Of a stretch of 64,000 nt of DNA, positions 12,690 through 27,279 are shown one piece after another. The position numbers and the translations under genes were made by a program. The stretch's first letter is position 1, and every line of letters begins with the position of its first letter. Location of the stretch: positions 196,106,001-196,170,000 of the forward strand of contig OZ024742.1 of the NCBI GenBank assembly GCA_964016885.1, read 5' to 3'. The notes under the pieces were generated by a model. The model made no database searches. It was not told the DNA's origin and saw nothing but the letters and a program-made list of their open reading frames with translations. The DNA comes from Eledone cirrhosa (Eukaryota).

Positions 12690-12995
12690 TGCTCTGAAAT
12701 AGCGATATATATATATGGATGTACGTATTGTATATTTAATAATATACTGCATGTTTATTTAAAAACATTTTGAAGGCCTTTCGCTATAAATTTAAGGTAG
12801 TAACTAAAGTCACATACCTATATTCAGCAAACACAAAGGGAAATAACCAACGATCGTTTCTCACTGTTTAGTTGTTATCAAGGCTATATATCCATTGTTT
12901 TTTGCTGTGAGCTGTAGAAGTTGGATTCTTATAGAATTCCAATTATGTTCCGAGTTGTTTAAACTCATAAACATACAGAGCGGTTGCTAGCCCAT
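12690..12995 (-). mobile_element. Diverged single monomer related to the 310-bp retrozyme-like unit
   Basis: Shares GCTCTGAAATAGCGATATA, AAACATTTTGAAG, TCGCTATA, CTTATAGAAT and GAGCGGTTGC in the same order; degenerate hammerhead at 12843-12887. Confidence 0.7.
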
Positions 12996-13724
12996 ATATC
13001 ATATATATAATATATGTATGTGCGTGAAATGTTAAATTGATGCTTGCTCATCACCTCCTAAGAGTATACTCCCAGTTTTTCCTGTTAGCTATGCTTTCAT
13101 TAATATTATATATATGTATTTAAAGTGAAGAAAACTAAGGTTTTTAAATTAAATCCATCATTAATATCTGCAATCATTTCTATACAGGTGATAAGCTTGC
13201 ATGTATATGTAAACAATAAATCAATCAGTTTTCCTTACGTACTGCAGTGAGCTTTTCACACCTGACCAAAATTAATAATGGCATATTCCATTATAATCAC
13301 TCGCATATATATATCATCATCATCATCATCGTTTAACATCTATCTTCCACGCTACCATGGGAGTTGTCCTATTGAGGCAAGAATGGTCGGGTGACCATGT
13401 CTCGCTCGTATAGGACTGTCTGGCAGGTTTTCTACGGCTGAATGCCCTTCCTAACACCAACCACATTTACAGTGTGGACTGGGAGGTCTTTACCATGTTA
13501 CCTACACGGCCACATTACAGCGTGGACTGTGTGTTTTTTTTTGTCGTGACACCTACACGACCTCATTAGTTTTGAACTGGATATTGTGGTACCAACATAA
13601 CTTTACAGAGAAAGGGTGGTGTTGGTGGGAGTGGGGGTGGAGTACAGGCAGTGGGATGGGGTATATATTTGGTTAAGAGGTGCCTACTGACTGTAGGTTT
13701 CGCTTATATATATATATATATATA

Positions 13725-13852
13725 TATTAAAATAACAGATTAAAGTTTAAGCAAAGAATCGCTGCTTTCACCCTTAACGGGATCTTTCAGAAGATCCCGT
13801 TAAGGGTGAAAGCAGCGTTTCTTTGCTTAAACTTTAATCTGTTATTTTAATA
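13725..13852. repeat. Near-perfect palindrome (arms about 62 bp, 4-nt loop) containing a hammerhead-like core
   Basis: Arms 13725-13786 and 13791-13852 with one mismatch. Confidence 0.9.
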
Positions 13853-13947
13853 AATATTTGCTCTACGGTTCTTATATATTTGATATATATTTATCCTTAT
13901 CGAGCCCTCTTTGGATTTTAGTCTTCAAATTTATTATTACTATATAT

Positions 13948-14013
<66 letters not shown>

Positions 14014-15687
14014 TTGCAGAAAATGAGTTGCTTATACATGGTTGTTACATCTTGAGGATAAGCACACCACATCAGATTTCTCTTAAACCCAGCTTCTCCT
14101 TCGACTCGTTCAAGCTCTACCTCTCTCTGACATGTACATTGCACATCCAGCAGAGCATGGTTGCTTCATTTCTCTCCTGCCTAAGTATGTCCTCTGCAGT
14201 CACAGCCCATGTTTCACTACCATGCAGCATTGTACTTTGCACACAGGCATCATGCAGTTGTCCTTTTGTATGTGTTTAACACCCAACCTTGTAAGGGATG
14301 GTATGAGGAGGGTCATCGGTAGAAATTTTATTTTGTATCCCCCGTGTTACCATAGCAGTCCATTCTTTAAGAGTCAATCTTTAAATACTAAAGAATGTGA
14401 CCTTATGTGTATGTGATTGTATATGTGTAACTATATATATGTGTTTGTGATTGTGTATGTGTGACTGTGTATGTCTGTGATTGTGTATGTGTGACTACAT
14501 ATGTATAATTGTATGTGCGGCTGTATATATATGGTTGTGTGTGTGACTCATTACTCTTTGGGTATGTATGATTGTATATGTATGACTCTATATATATATA
14601 TGTGTGTGTGTATGATTGTATATGTATGACTCTATATATATATATGTGTGTGTGTATGATTGTATATGTATGACTCTATATATATGTGTGTGTGTGACTG
14701 TATATGTAGATAGAATATAGCCAAATGGTTAAAGAGTTCACTTCACAATCATTAGGTCCTGGGTTTAATCCCACTAAGGGGCATCTTGGACAAGTGTCAT
14801 TTACCATAGTCTGCCCATCATCTCCATCAATGGAAAATGAAAGACAGCTCAGCATGTGACTGTGGGGACCCTGACCTGTCAATACTGCTTATTGTTCAGG
14901 ATTGCCCCCTCAGATGTTTTCCTGGTGGCCTGGAGGCAATCCATAATGCTGCAAATGACACTTTGGTCTGGCTTGCCGGTCACAACCCGCCTCTTTAGCT
15001 ATTGTGCATATGTCATATGACAAGAAGACCATAGCCTCATGTTGACCCATGTCTTGGAACGAACGACATTGGTAAACAGAAACTGTTTGGAAGCCCATCA
15101 GATGGACTGTACATGTAATTCAAAGGGCCAGGCTTGTCACACACTGTGTTATGCTGAATCTGTCTGAGAAATATGTTAAATATACACATGTCTGTGGAAT
15201 GCTCAGCCACGTACACATTAATAACATGAGCAGGCTGTTCCATTGATCGAATAAATGGAACAATTGTCATCAAGACTAATGTAGGTTAATTCCATATGTG
15301 AATGTGTGCGTAACTGTGGTTGTGTGTATGTGTAACTGTATGTAGTGTGGAAATTGGTTTTGGGGAAGACAATTCTTCATTCTCCATCCATTTAGATGTG
15401 ATTCAGTTGTCATGGTTACTAATAGCTGCCGGTATGTCAGCTGACTGACAAATTCCTGGCATCTTTAATAGCAACAATATGGTAAGGTGGAAATCACAGG
15501 CAATCTAGCCTTAGAAACCTGTCTGTCTGTTATATTTTTATATTTTGTTATTGCCTCCTTATTGAGGACGCCCCCATTGTACTTATCCCACTCTTTGATG
15601 CCCTGGTGGCAAATAAAAAGAAAGTTATCTATCTATTTTATTTGTCTAACTACCTATCCCTCTTACTATTTATCTGTGGTTGTGTGC

Positions 15688-15725
<38 letters not shown>

Positions 15726-16436
15726 CTAGTGTGGAAAAATTGACATTAAAAGGTGATGATATATATATATATAATCCATCTATCTTTCCTTCCTTCCTTT
15801 TAATGAGAAATAACATTTGCAAATCTGGTTGTGTCAGTGTCTCCATGTATATCTCTTAGTCTCTGTGTATCTGTCTCTATCTGAGCATCTGGATATGTAA
15901 TGTTAGTATGCCTGAAAGACAAAGCAAGGGAGAGCTGAGAGAAAGACTAGGCTTGATAGGAATAAGATGTTGCGTGCAAGAGGGATAATTGCACTGGTAT
16001 TGATATGTGAAGTATATGGATGATAACTGTGAGGTGAAGAAGTGCCAAGCGCTCATGGTGGAAGGAAACTGTGGAAGAGGAAGATTGATATAAACCTGAG
16101 TTGAAGTGATGTGAGTTTATCTCGTCTCATTGAACCTCACAAAGACGAGATGACAAAGGAATGCTGGAGAAGACACAACTAAACCATACAGGAATGGAAA
16201 GCCGGGCCTAAAACAGTGCAGCTGTTGTTGGTGATGATGACGATACATATGATATTTGAGAGATACAGTATTCCATTGTAGGTGCCACTGTTCACATTTT
16301 TTTCCATCTCCAAGAATATTTTACCTGATTTTCTTAGGTATTTATTATTCATAGTGACTGACTGTTATTACAGTCATTTTCTGCATTTGGGATGTTGACA
16401 TTTTCAAATATCAAATTCTCCCAGTATTCTATAAGA

Positions 16437-16480
<44 letters not shown>

Positions 16481-18284
16481 GTGCGCCACCAAGATCTTAT
16501 AACAGCAACATCCTGTTGAGTTACCACAAGAACTCTGAAGAACGAAGAACTGATGGATCATCAATAAGTAGTTTAAATATTGTCACAAAAACCAGTATTG
16601 GTTACCAAGATAGAGCTACAACAACTACTACTACAGCAGCAGCAACAACAATGACAACAACAACAGTTACAGCAATAACACCAGCAGTAGCTGCAACAAC
16701 AACGTTAGCAGTAGCTGCAGCAACAGCAGCAGCTGCACGTTGTCAACAACATGACAATCTATTCCATGTGATAAGATCTTAGAGAATTCTCTTCACAGCC
16801 AAACTAAACTGACTTCTACTTTAGCATCATCATCACCATCATCATCATCATCATCATCACCATTACTACCACCATCATCATCATCATCACCATTACCATC
16901 ACCATCATCGCAGCCATCATCTTACCATCATTATCACTCCCATCATCATTATCACCATCATCATTTCTATCACCACCACCACCATTATCACCATCACCAC
17001 TGCCATCATCACCATTATCATCATCATCACCATTACCACCACCATCATTGTCATCATTACCACCATTACTACCATTGCCATCATCACCACCATTACTACC
17101 ACTGCCCTCACCACAATCAACATCATCATCACCATCAACAGGATGTTGTCAATATATTCAGAAGCTGTAGACTTCATTACTGCTTAGCCCTCTCCTTTAG
17201 TTTTCGTTTTCTCTCTCTTAACATTGATATATTATGTGTGTGCGTGTGTGTTTGATGTGTGCATGTGTGTATCTGTGTTTGTGACGTTCGTAATATTCTA
17301 CATTTAAAATTATTTGTATTGAAAACATATATTTACAATAAGCTACTAACCTGTATTATTGGTGTTAAAATAACGCACCAGTGATCTACTGGGATTTATA
17401 TAATGGAATATTCCTTATGGTGTGTCACAAAAGACTGTATCGCCTTGCCCAAGGAATTTGTCCAAAAGCATGCAAAGTATATCATTGGTTAATTTCTGCC
17501 ACATGTTTAGAAAATATTTATTCATCTTTTTGGACATAAATCAAACTCTTTAAAAAGGAAAAAACAGAAAATCTATATGAGGTTAGATTAAGGCTAGACA
17601 GCCAACCTTTGCTAGCAAGGAAAGTAGGTGTTAAATGATGATGATAGCTAGTTTTAGTCAGCACTCTTTTGTATTCTTTCTTCAAATCAAATCTTTGAGT
17701 GTCCGATATTTCTTTCCTATATTTTCATCTATCTTCCTCTACTAGAAATATCTGCTCCTTTCATCTGTCTTCCTGGCTGGGAAATATTTGCCCCTTTCAT
17801 CAATCTTTCTAGCTGGGAAATATTTGCTCTTTTCATCAATCTTCCTAGCTAGGATATGTCTGCTCCTTCATCTAATATGCAGGCTAGGCTGAATGGTTAA
17901 CAAGTGTGCTTGGCAATCATGAGTTCCCACATTCAATCCTGTTTCATGTACCATAGCCTCAGGTTGACCCAAACGTTTTGAATGAAATTGTGTAGATGGA
18001 AACAATGTGGAAGTCCGTTGGAGAGATAATACATGTAATTTAAAGGTTTAGCCTTGTCACATATTGTCATACGGATTTGGATTGTGGATTATATTAAAGG
18101 TACACATGTCTGTGGAATACTCAACCACGTTCATTTTCATTGTTGAAGCCAACAGAGAATCCATTATATTACCACCTCCATCTATCTCAGGCTACAAGCT
18201 ACCTACTATCATGTGTTTCTGGCTACAAGCTACTCACCTTCAAGTATCTCTGGTTACAATCTATATGCTTCTATCTCTGACTAT

Positions 18285-19505
18285 AAACTATATACCTCCA
18301 CCTATCTCTGGCTACTAACTATATACCTCCATCTATCTCTCTGGCTACTAACTATATACCCCCACCTATCTCTGGCTACTAGCTATATACCTCCATTTAT
18401 CTCTCTGGCTACTAACTATATACCCCCACCTATCTCTGGCTACTAGCTATATACCTCCACCTATCTCTGGCTCCTAACTATATACCTCCACCTATCTCTG
18501 GCTACTAACTATATACCTCCACCTATCTCTGGCTACTAGCTATATACCCCCACCTATCTCTGGCTCCTAACTATATACCTCCACCTATCTCTGGCTACTA
18601 ACTATATACCTCCATCTATCTCTGGCTACTAGCTATATACCTCCATCTATCTCTGGCTACTAACTATATACCTCCATCTATCTCTGGCTCCTAACTATAT
18701 ACCTCCATCTATCTCTGGCTCCTAACTATATACCTCCATCTATCTCTGGCTCCTAACTATATACCTCCATCTATCTCTGGCTACTAACTATATACCTCCA
18801 TCTATCTCTGGCTCCTAACTATATACCTCCATCTATCTCTGGCTCCTAACTATATACCTCCATCTATCTCTGGCTCCTAACTATATACCTCCATCTATCT
18901 CTGGCTACTAACTATATACCTCCATCTATCTCTGGCTACTAACTATATACCTCCATCTATCTCTGGCTCCTAACTATATACCTCCATCTATCTCTGGCTA
19001 CTAACTATATACCTCCATCTATCTCTGGCTACTAGCTATATACCTCCACCTATCTCTGGCTACTAACTATATACCTCCATCTATCTCTGGCTACTAACTA
19101 TATACCTCCATCTATCTCTGGCTACTAACTATATACCTCCACCTATCTCTGGCTACTAACTATATACCTCCATCTATCTCTGGCTCCTAACTATATACCT
19201 CCATCTATCTCTGGCTCCTAACTATATACCTCCATCTATCTCTGGCTACTAGCTATATACCTCCACCTATCTCTGGCTACTAACTATATACCTCCACCTA
19301 TCTCTGGCTACTAACTATATACCTCCACCTATCTCTGGCTACTAACTATATACCTCCATCTATCTCTGGCTACTAACTATATACCTCCATCTATCTCTGG
19401 CTACTAACTATATACCTCCATCTATCTCTGGCTCCTAACTATATACCTCCATCTATCTCTGGCTACTAACTATATACCCCCACCTATCTCTGGCTACTGA
19501 CTATA
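18285..19505. repeat. 31-bp minisatellite (CTATATACCTCCATCTATCTCTGGCTACTAA), about 39 copies
   Basis: Direct; degenerate copies at both flanks. Confidence 0.95.
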
Positions 19506-19589
19506 TACTTCCATATCTCTGGCTATGATCTAGCTCCCTCTTTGTGTCTATAGCTACAAGCTATATTTCTTCATCTGCACAGACTATGA

Positions 19590-19675
<86 letters not shown>

Positions 19676-20584
19676 ACAATATATCTCCATCCATCTATAT
19701 ATCCTTGTTTGCCATACAGCTACAAGCTTAATATCTCTGGCTATGATCTCTCTCTCTCTCTCTCTCTCTCTGTATAAGGTAATATAGCTACAAACTATAT
19801 TTCATCATCTATGCCCCTGGCTATGAAGTTTGTATTAAAATTTACAGCAATAATATTACTGAAGCCAGGCAACTTTTTTACTGTAAATTAAATCCACAAC
19901 TGCCATACTCTGTCAAATCCTAAGGACTAGTTCTGGCAAAACACTTACTGTTTTATGTTTTTGTTGTTACATTTCATCATCATCACCATTATCATCATCA
20001 TCACTATTACCACCATTATCATCATCATCATCCCCACGATCACCATTATTATCATCATCATCATCACCACTACCACCATTATCATCGTCATCATCCCCAT
20101 GGCCATTCAGCATATTGTTTGCGTTTGTCTGAAGTGTGTGCATGTGTATTCATTATCCTCATCATCTTTGTTTTGTCTCTAATTGCATTGTTTGTGTATG
20201 TGATTTTATGTGTGTTTGTGTTTATGTATTTGTGTGTATTGCTGTATCTGTGTCTATGTCAGTTTGTATATATGTGTGTATGTGTGTGTGTGTGTATATA
20301 TATATCATCATCATTTAATCTATTTTTCATGCTGCCGTGGGTTAGACGGGTTATCGGGTGACTGTCTTACTCATACAGAACTGTTTATATATGTATATGA
20401 AAAGATTCAGGACCCCAACGGCTGAGCTCTGGTCATTTTGACAGCTACTACCCCAAGTATCGAGTACTCTGGTGCGTTACGGTCCACCTGGTATCTTACC
20501 ACACCCTCTTTGCTATATATGTGTGTGTGTGTGTGTATAATAATATAAGGACGATTTGTTAAGCCTTCATTACGTTTATTGATT

Positions 20585-20662
20585 GGTGACGGACGTTTCG
20601 CTATTGATCAGCTCAATCTGTATTGATCTGGCCCAACTCTGGAATCAAAAGCTCATCGGACC
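20585..20662 (-). ncRNA. Hammerhead-like motif with long stem II (variant core CCGATGA)
   Basis: Reverse complement GGT-CCGATGA-GC...GC-GAAA-CGTCCG-TC-ACC; a truncated relative lies at about 39155-39237. Confidence 0.45.
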
Positions 20663-21002
20663 TCTGCTGTTGTAATGACACATACATATATATATATACT
20701 TTCCATCGATTCAGCTATGAATATATACACACACACACACATACATAGGCTGAGCAAGATACTCTCATGGAATGACTAAATGAGGTTTCATCATCATCAT
20801 CATCATCATCACCGTGTTATGGTTAGACGAGTTGTCCAGTTGTGGGCAATGCCAGGTGACCATGTCTTGCTCATATGAAATTCATACATGCAAGATTTCA
20901 CAGCTCTAGCATCAACCTTCATAGTCATCCTATGAACTTTTCAGCCAACCGTTGTATGTATGCATATATGTAAGTGTGTTATATTCTGTGTATCATATTT
21001 AA

Positions 21003-21125
<123 letters not shown>

Positions 21126-22294
21126 TAAGTAAATCTTTAACTATCTGAAAATGGTGTGTTTTTGGTAGTATGATGTTTTAATCATTAGAACCTGCCCTTT
21201 CTTTTATGATCCTAAGCTATTTTTAAATGTTTACAAAATCAGAAAACAGCACAGCTCCCTTGACTTTCAGAAACATTTTTTGCTGAAACATAGAACAAAC
21301 TACCAGCATCAGTTGTTAGCTGTCAGGACACTGCACCCTTAAAAACTTCCATGCTTCCCAAAATTCCCCAACGCTACACCTGATATTCCCCCTCCACGCA
21401 TATGTGTGTGTGCCTGTGTGTATATCATGACTCGTACACTGTTCACTTTCTTGACATTTGTACATTATTCTATATACTATACATGCACATTTGATAAGTT
21501 GTAGTGCACCTGAACACTGTACACAATAATTTTTATTATTAGTGGGCTTTCTCCAGAAGTGACTCTTGGAAGTCTCCCCCCTAATAGGGAATTTTCCTTT
21601 GTTTCATTTTTTTGTTACTTCCTTTATTGTTTTTACATGCAGAAATGCCCATTTGTACTATCATGTGCTGTCCTTAATGTTATACTTTATGTCAACCCTT
21701 GTGGTTAATAAAGAAAGCATTATCATTATGTTTGGCAGTATCGGTAGAGCATCAAACACCATGCTTTGCAGCATAGAGTTATGGCCCTTTACGTTCTGAG
21801 TTCAAATCAGTGTTGGCAGTGATTTCTTGGTTGGTTATCACAGGCATATCCCACAAGATGGATATGTTTTCGGTTGATGTTCATACCATTTGTTAGAAGT
21901 TTGGATGTCATGAGAGCGACAGAGCATCCAGTGCACATATTTGGCAATGTGGTTGTGTCTTTCGATATAGACAGTTTTTGCCAACTCTAGACACCCAGAG
22001 ATAACATGATCTACTATTTCTTCATGTTTGTAGCATATTCTGCACCATCATCAGCATCATCATCATTTTTATGTCCACTTTTCCACCCTTGCATGGGTTG
22101 GACACACACAATTTGTGGGAGTTATGTTTGTCATGCTGTTCATATTTTGGTAGGGTTTTTCTGGTTGGATGCCCTTCCTTTCACCAACCACCTTACAGTA
22201 TGGACTGGGTGCATTATTCATGCCACCAGGAGCTTACAGTGAAAACTTCTAATTCAATATATAAATATATATATTCATTTCATTTCATTTCATT

Positions 22295-22606
22295 TTACAT
22301 CCACTTTTTCCTTGCTTGCAAGGGTGGGACGGGAACTGATTCTGGCTTGATTTCTACAGCTGGATGCCCTTCCTAACACCAACCTCATTTACAGTGAGTG
22401 CTGGGTGCTTTTTTGTCGTGGCACCTCCACGACCACTTTGCAGTGGAATGATAGGGACCCCACTCCCTATCATCTCATTTCTACAGCTGAGTAAACTGGA
22501 GCAATGGGAAATAAAGTGTCTTGCTCAAGGAAACAATACATCACCTGGTCTGAGAATTGAACTCACAACCTTTCGATTGCAAGGCCAATGCTCTAACCAC
22601 TAAGCC
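22295..22606 (-). mobile_element. tRNA-derived SINE with RTE-type tail
   Basis: Reverse complement of the copies at 39251 and 60564. Confidence 0.85.
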
Positions 22607-23085
22607 TCCATATATATATATATATATCATCACCACCTCTTATAAGCAGAAAATGTAGACACCATTCCGAGGCTGAGGTATTCCGTACTTCTCTGTACTG
22701 TTATATATATATATATAAATATATATTCGTGTACAGATATTTTTGCATACACAATAACAAAATATAAACAAACGTATTTACTTCATGAGGCTCGAGAAGG
22801 ATAAATATATATCAAATATATAAGAACCCTAGAGCAAATCCCGACCAACGCCGGGCCATTCTGTTAGTACAGAACTAATTTTGGCTTGGCTTCTACAGCT
22901 GGATGGTCTTTCTAATACCAACTGCATTTACAATGTGTGGTGTGTGCTTTTTTGTTGTCACTTATACGACCACTTCAGAGTGTGGGCTGGGCACTCTTTG
23001 TTTGTGGCACCAAAACAACCACTTTACAGTGGGAGCTGGGTACTTCTTGTTGTGTCGCACATACATACATACATACATACATACA

Positions 23086-23117
<32 letters not shown>

Positions 23118-23569
23118 CATATGTATATACACACACACACACACATGCCAGCATGAAAAAAGACAAATGTTAGAAAATAATAATGATGATATATATATAT
23201 ATATCTATATATATGTATATATATGTATATATTTAAATGAATGCAAATTGGTCTTAACATTTGGTAACACATGCACAATGATAGCTGAAATACACTGAAA
23301 CTAGTTATAATTCCAGGTAAAAGGCATATTAGTGCAGGAGCAAACTTCTTTGTCAGATGTCTGCCCATTCACCTATCTGTTTGTCTATCTCTCTCTCTCT
23401 ATATATATATATGAAATGTAGTTGTCTCAATGTAAATGACTGTAATAATAGTCAATCTATATAGATAACAATTGAGATAGAAAGTAACCCTGGAGATAGA
23501 AAAAACGTTTCTATCTATTTTTCTCTCTCTAGTTGTAATTTACTCAGTTTTCTCAACTATTATTTATAA

Positions 23570-23897
23570 TTGTTTCTACTTTTGGCACAAGGCCAGCAAT
23601 TATCCCAGTGTATAACTGGTACTTTATTTTATCGACCCCATAAGGATGAAAGGCAATATCTATTTTTCTCTCTCTAGTTGTAATTTACTCAGTTTTCTCA
23701 ACTATTATTTATAATTGTTTCTACTTTTGGCACAAGGCCAGCAATTATCCCAGTGTATAACTGGTACTTTATTTTATCGACCCCATAAGGATGAAAGGCA
23801 AAGTTAACCACGGCAGGATTTGAACTCAGATTATAAAGCGCCTTAACTCTATGTTGCAAAGCATGGCGTCCGACCTTCTACTGATACTGCCAATCCA
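23570..23897 (-). mobile_element. SINE of a second family (core GCCTTTCATCCTTACGGGGTCGATAAAATAAAGTACCAG) with a local tandem duplication of about 125 bp
   Basis: Matches copies at 31765, 33790, 49305, 55668 and 56543. Confidence 0.8.
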
Positions 23898-25580
23898 GAC
23901 TGAAAGAATATGATTGCGAATACAAGCAGCCGAAATGGGGTTCCTCCAAAGGGTTTTGGAGTAAGATTACTCTATAGAGTGTGTAACTCTGAGATCAGAG
24001 AGTTACTTAAGGTAGAGCCACTACTTCTCCGAATTAAGAGATCACAGCTCCGATACTATGGGCATGTGGTTAGAATGTCTCAGGAAAGAATCGCTGGACT
24101 GGTTTTATAGGTAGGCAAAACCAACCGGCAAGAGACCCATGGGTAGACCACAAGCAAGATGGTTGGATAACATCCATGAGTTTGGCTGGTCTTGCTTGGG
24201 GATGGTTGCTTCTGACAGAACTCAGCCCTCATGACCCTCCCAGGAATAGGTGGGCAAAGAAGAAGATTATTTTTAGTAATCAACTATTGTTATAACAATT
24301 TACATTGAGATGACGGTCTCCCGACCATTCCCGCGTCAAATGAAACAAAACCGTCTAACCCATGCTAGCGTGGAAGATGGACGTTAAACGGTGATGATGA
24401 TGACTACATTTCAAATTTTGCCAATGTTTTTTTAAGTCAACAGGATGTTCACACACAAACGGGCTTCCTTGCAGTTTCCATGGATATAAAAACAAAAAGA
24501 TACTTGCTCAAGATGCTGCATAGTGAGTGAAGTTTGTAAAGCAAACTTCTTAACTATACAGCTATACCAGCACCTGAAAAACTTAACTCTTGGGTGACCT
24601 TGTTTTCTAATGAGATACACTGTCCATGTGTGTGAATTAATTTAGATCTGAGATAGACTTGATAAGTTTGATAATGTATGATGACAGTATGGCAAGATAA
24701 GATACACACTTGACGTTATCTCTGGCAATAATTTAGATGGAGATTGAAGCAGGCATGAAAGATGTAGCTTTTGGAAACTTTCTAAGCTTGTACAAGAAAC
24801 TAATCATCATTATCGTCGTTATCACCATCACCATCATCATCATCATCATCGTCGTCATCACTATCATCATCGTCATCATCACTATCATCATTGTCATCAT
24901 CAACATCACTCTCCATCATCATCATTGTCATCACTATCATCGTTGTCATCATTGTCATCACTATCATCACTATCATCATTGTCATCATTCTCATCATTGT
25001 CATCATCACTATCATCATTGTCATCATCACTATCATCATTGTCATCATCACTATCATCATTGTCATCATCACTATCATCATTGTCATCATCACCATCATC
25101 AGATCTGCTTTCTATACTGGCATGAGTTGGATGAATCATTACAGTCCAAGTCAGTTCTTATTCAAAGTTCTTTCCCAGCTAGTTCTTGGGAGCATCGTTC
25201 ACTCATACATTTCATTTTTGGTATTGTTTCTATAACTGGATATTCTTCCCAACACCAACTACTTAACATTTACAGAGTGTACTGAGTGTATTTTATCATG
25301 GCACCATCACTAACAAGGTTGTCATGTACTTGTCAGAACTAAGGTATTCACTCCACTCATTTACTAATCACTTTACAAGTTTGGTGAGAATATAGGGGAA
25401 TATATATTACTAACCCTTTCTTCACCATAATTCTAATGAAAGACGCTGCCTATGATTTACAATTCGTTTTGAAAATAAACAAGACTTTGGAGGGATTTAG
25501 TGATATAATTAACTTTCTCATTAAGCTGATGTTTGGAACATAATTTAAGAAAAGTGTTTTACATAAAATTATAATGACAA

Positions 25581-25797
25581 GTTATACTTTGGGAGGGTCA
25601 TGCTGCCAATAAAAACACACACACACACCTGTTAGTTTTTCACTTCAATTTATTATAAATTTCTGGTTAATTGGTTGGTTCAATAACCGGATGGTTGTTT
25701 ATATATTGTCACAGCTCTTTCGTCACACATTCTGTGACCTCCTCAGTGACTGATTTCTTATTTTGTGTTTCTCCTTTGTTCTGTCCTACACCATCTT
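25581..25797 (-). mobile_element. Solo Penelope 3' end/pLTR fragment with hammerhead motif (25708-25750)
   Basis: Reverse complement matches about 5980-6230; GTCA-CTGAGGA-GGTCACA(gaatg)TGTGAC-GAAAGAGCTG-TGAC. Confidence 0.75.
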
Positions 25798-26449
25798 ATG
25801 AAGATTTTAAAACAAAAAGTGTTTCATCACAGAACCAGGGGTGGTTTCAGATAGATTGATATTGTTTTAACTGGGCAAACATTTTTGTTTTGACAATATT
25901 ACTAATGATATATATTGTTTAGTGTGTTTCAATCCTTTTTGAAGAATTTAGTAGGATTTAGTAAAAAAAAAAATTATCTAACTGTTTGGAATATAACTGA
26001 AATAAAAGATACTTATTAGTCTATTTCATGTTTCAAACAAAAGGCTGAGGCCATGTTGAGGCACCGCCATTGATGCTACACTTTCTATAGCCAGCCTTCC
26101 CTGGTTGGCCATTGATGCAAAAGGGAGTTTGTTGTTGCTGCTCTTATTTGTGCTTCGCCTCGTGCTGTGGGTTCATCCGAAATCTTGATCAATAGAATGT
26201 CAAGATGTCTCCTGAAAACATCTACATGCACACCATGTCGATCTCTCAGATTCTGTGATGAAGGATTTTAACTAAAGGCTCAAATTTTGGATGTATGGTT
26301 AAGAAATTTGCTTCAGAACTCTGTGGTTTCATATTTAATCTCACTATGCAACACCTTAGCTTTTAGTTGACCAATGACATGTGACTGACATTCAGTAGAG
26401 AGGGACGTGTTTGAAGACATGTAGGAAGGACTTTTCTATTTATGGATGG

Positions 26450-26785
26450 TAGACTTAATATGTCACCCAGTTAACCACCATCACCTGGTGCTTGGGTGGT
26501 AGATTTAATATGTCACCCAGTTTAACACCACCACCTGGCATAGCTGGTAGATTTAATGTCACCCAGTTTAGTATCACCACTTGGCCCTTGGTTGGTAGAT
26601 TTAATGTTACCCAGTTTAACACCACCACCTGGCCCTTAGCTGGTAGACATAATGTCACCTAGTTTAACAACACCACCTGGCCCTTAGCTGGTAGACATAA
26701 TGTCACCCAATTTAACACCACCACCTGGCCCTTAGCTGATAGATTTAATACATCACCTAGTTTAACAACACCATCTAGCCCTTGG
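26450..26785. repeat. Degenerate 48-50-bp minisatellite
   Basis: AATGTCACCCAGTTTAACACCACCACCTGG repeated about 7 times. Confidence 0.85.
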
Positions 26786-27241
26786 ATACCTTTAGAAGTA
26801 TTGACTATATTGCAAGCATTCAAGCCAGGTATCTGTTTTTCTTTTTCCCACCAGTCCCAGACAACAATCAACAAATGTTTTAAGATCATTTTCTTTGCTA
26901 AATCATGGTTTAGCCTTCGAGGCCCTATGATAGGCATCATACTCAACAGGGGCTTTGAAAATAAAAAAAACATTAAAATAACGATTTTGTATGTTAAGAC
27001 CAGAAAAGGCAGTCCTAGACTGGTTGACATTGAAAGTGTTAAAGTCACTCATAATTATAAAGTAGATCTATTCTAAAGAGACAGATGATTTATGAGAAGA
27101 CGTCTTTTCTTTAACTGACTATTATTTCACACAGCTTCTTTCTTCACGCACACATGAGAAAAAAAATAACAAAACAACAAAAAAAAAACAGACATAAAAC
27201 TGGCGATGATAATGATGATACACACGCTCACACACACACAA

Positions 27242-27279
<38 letters not shown>

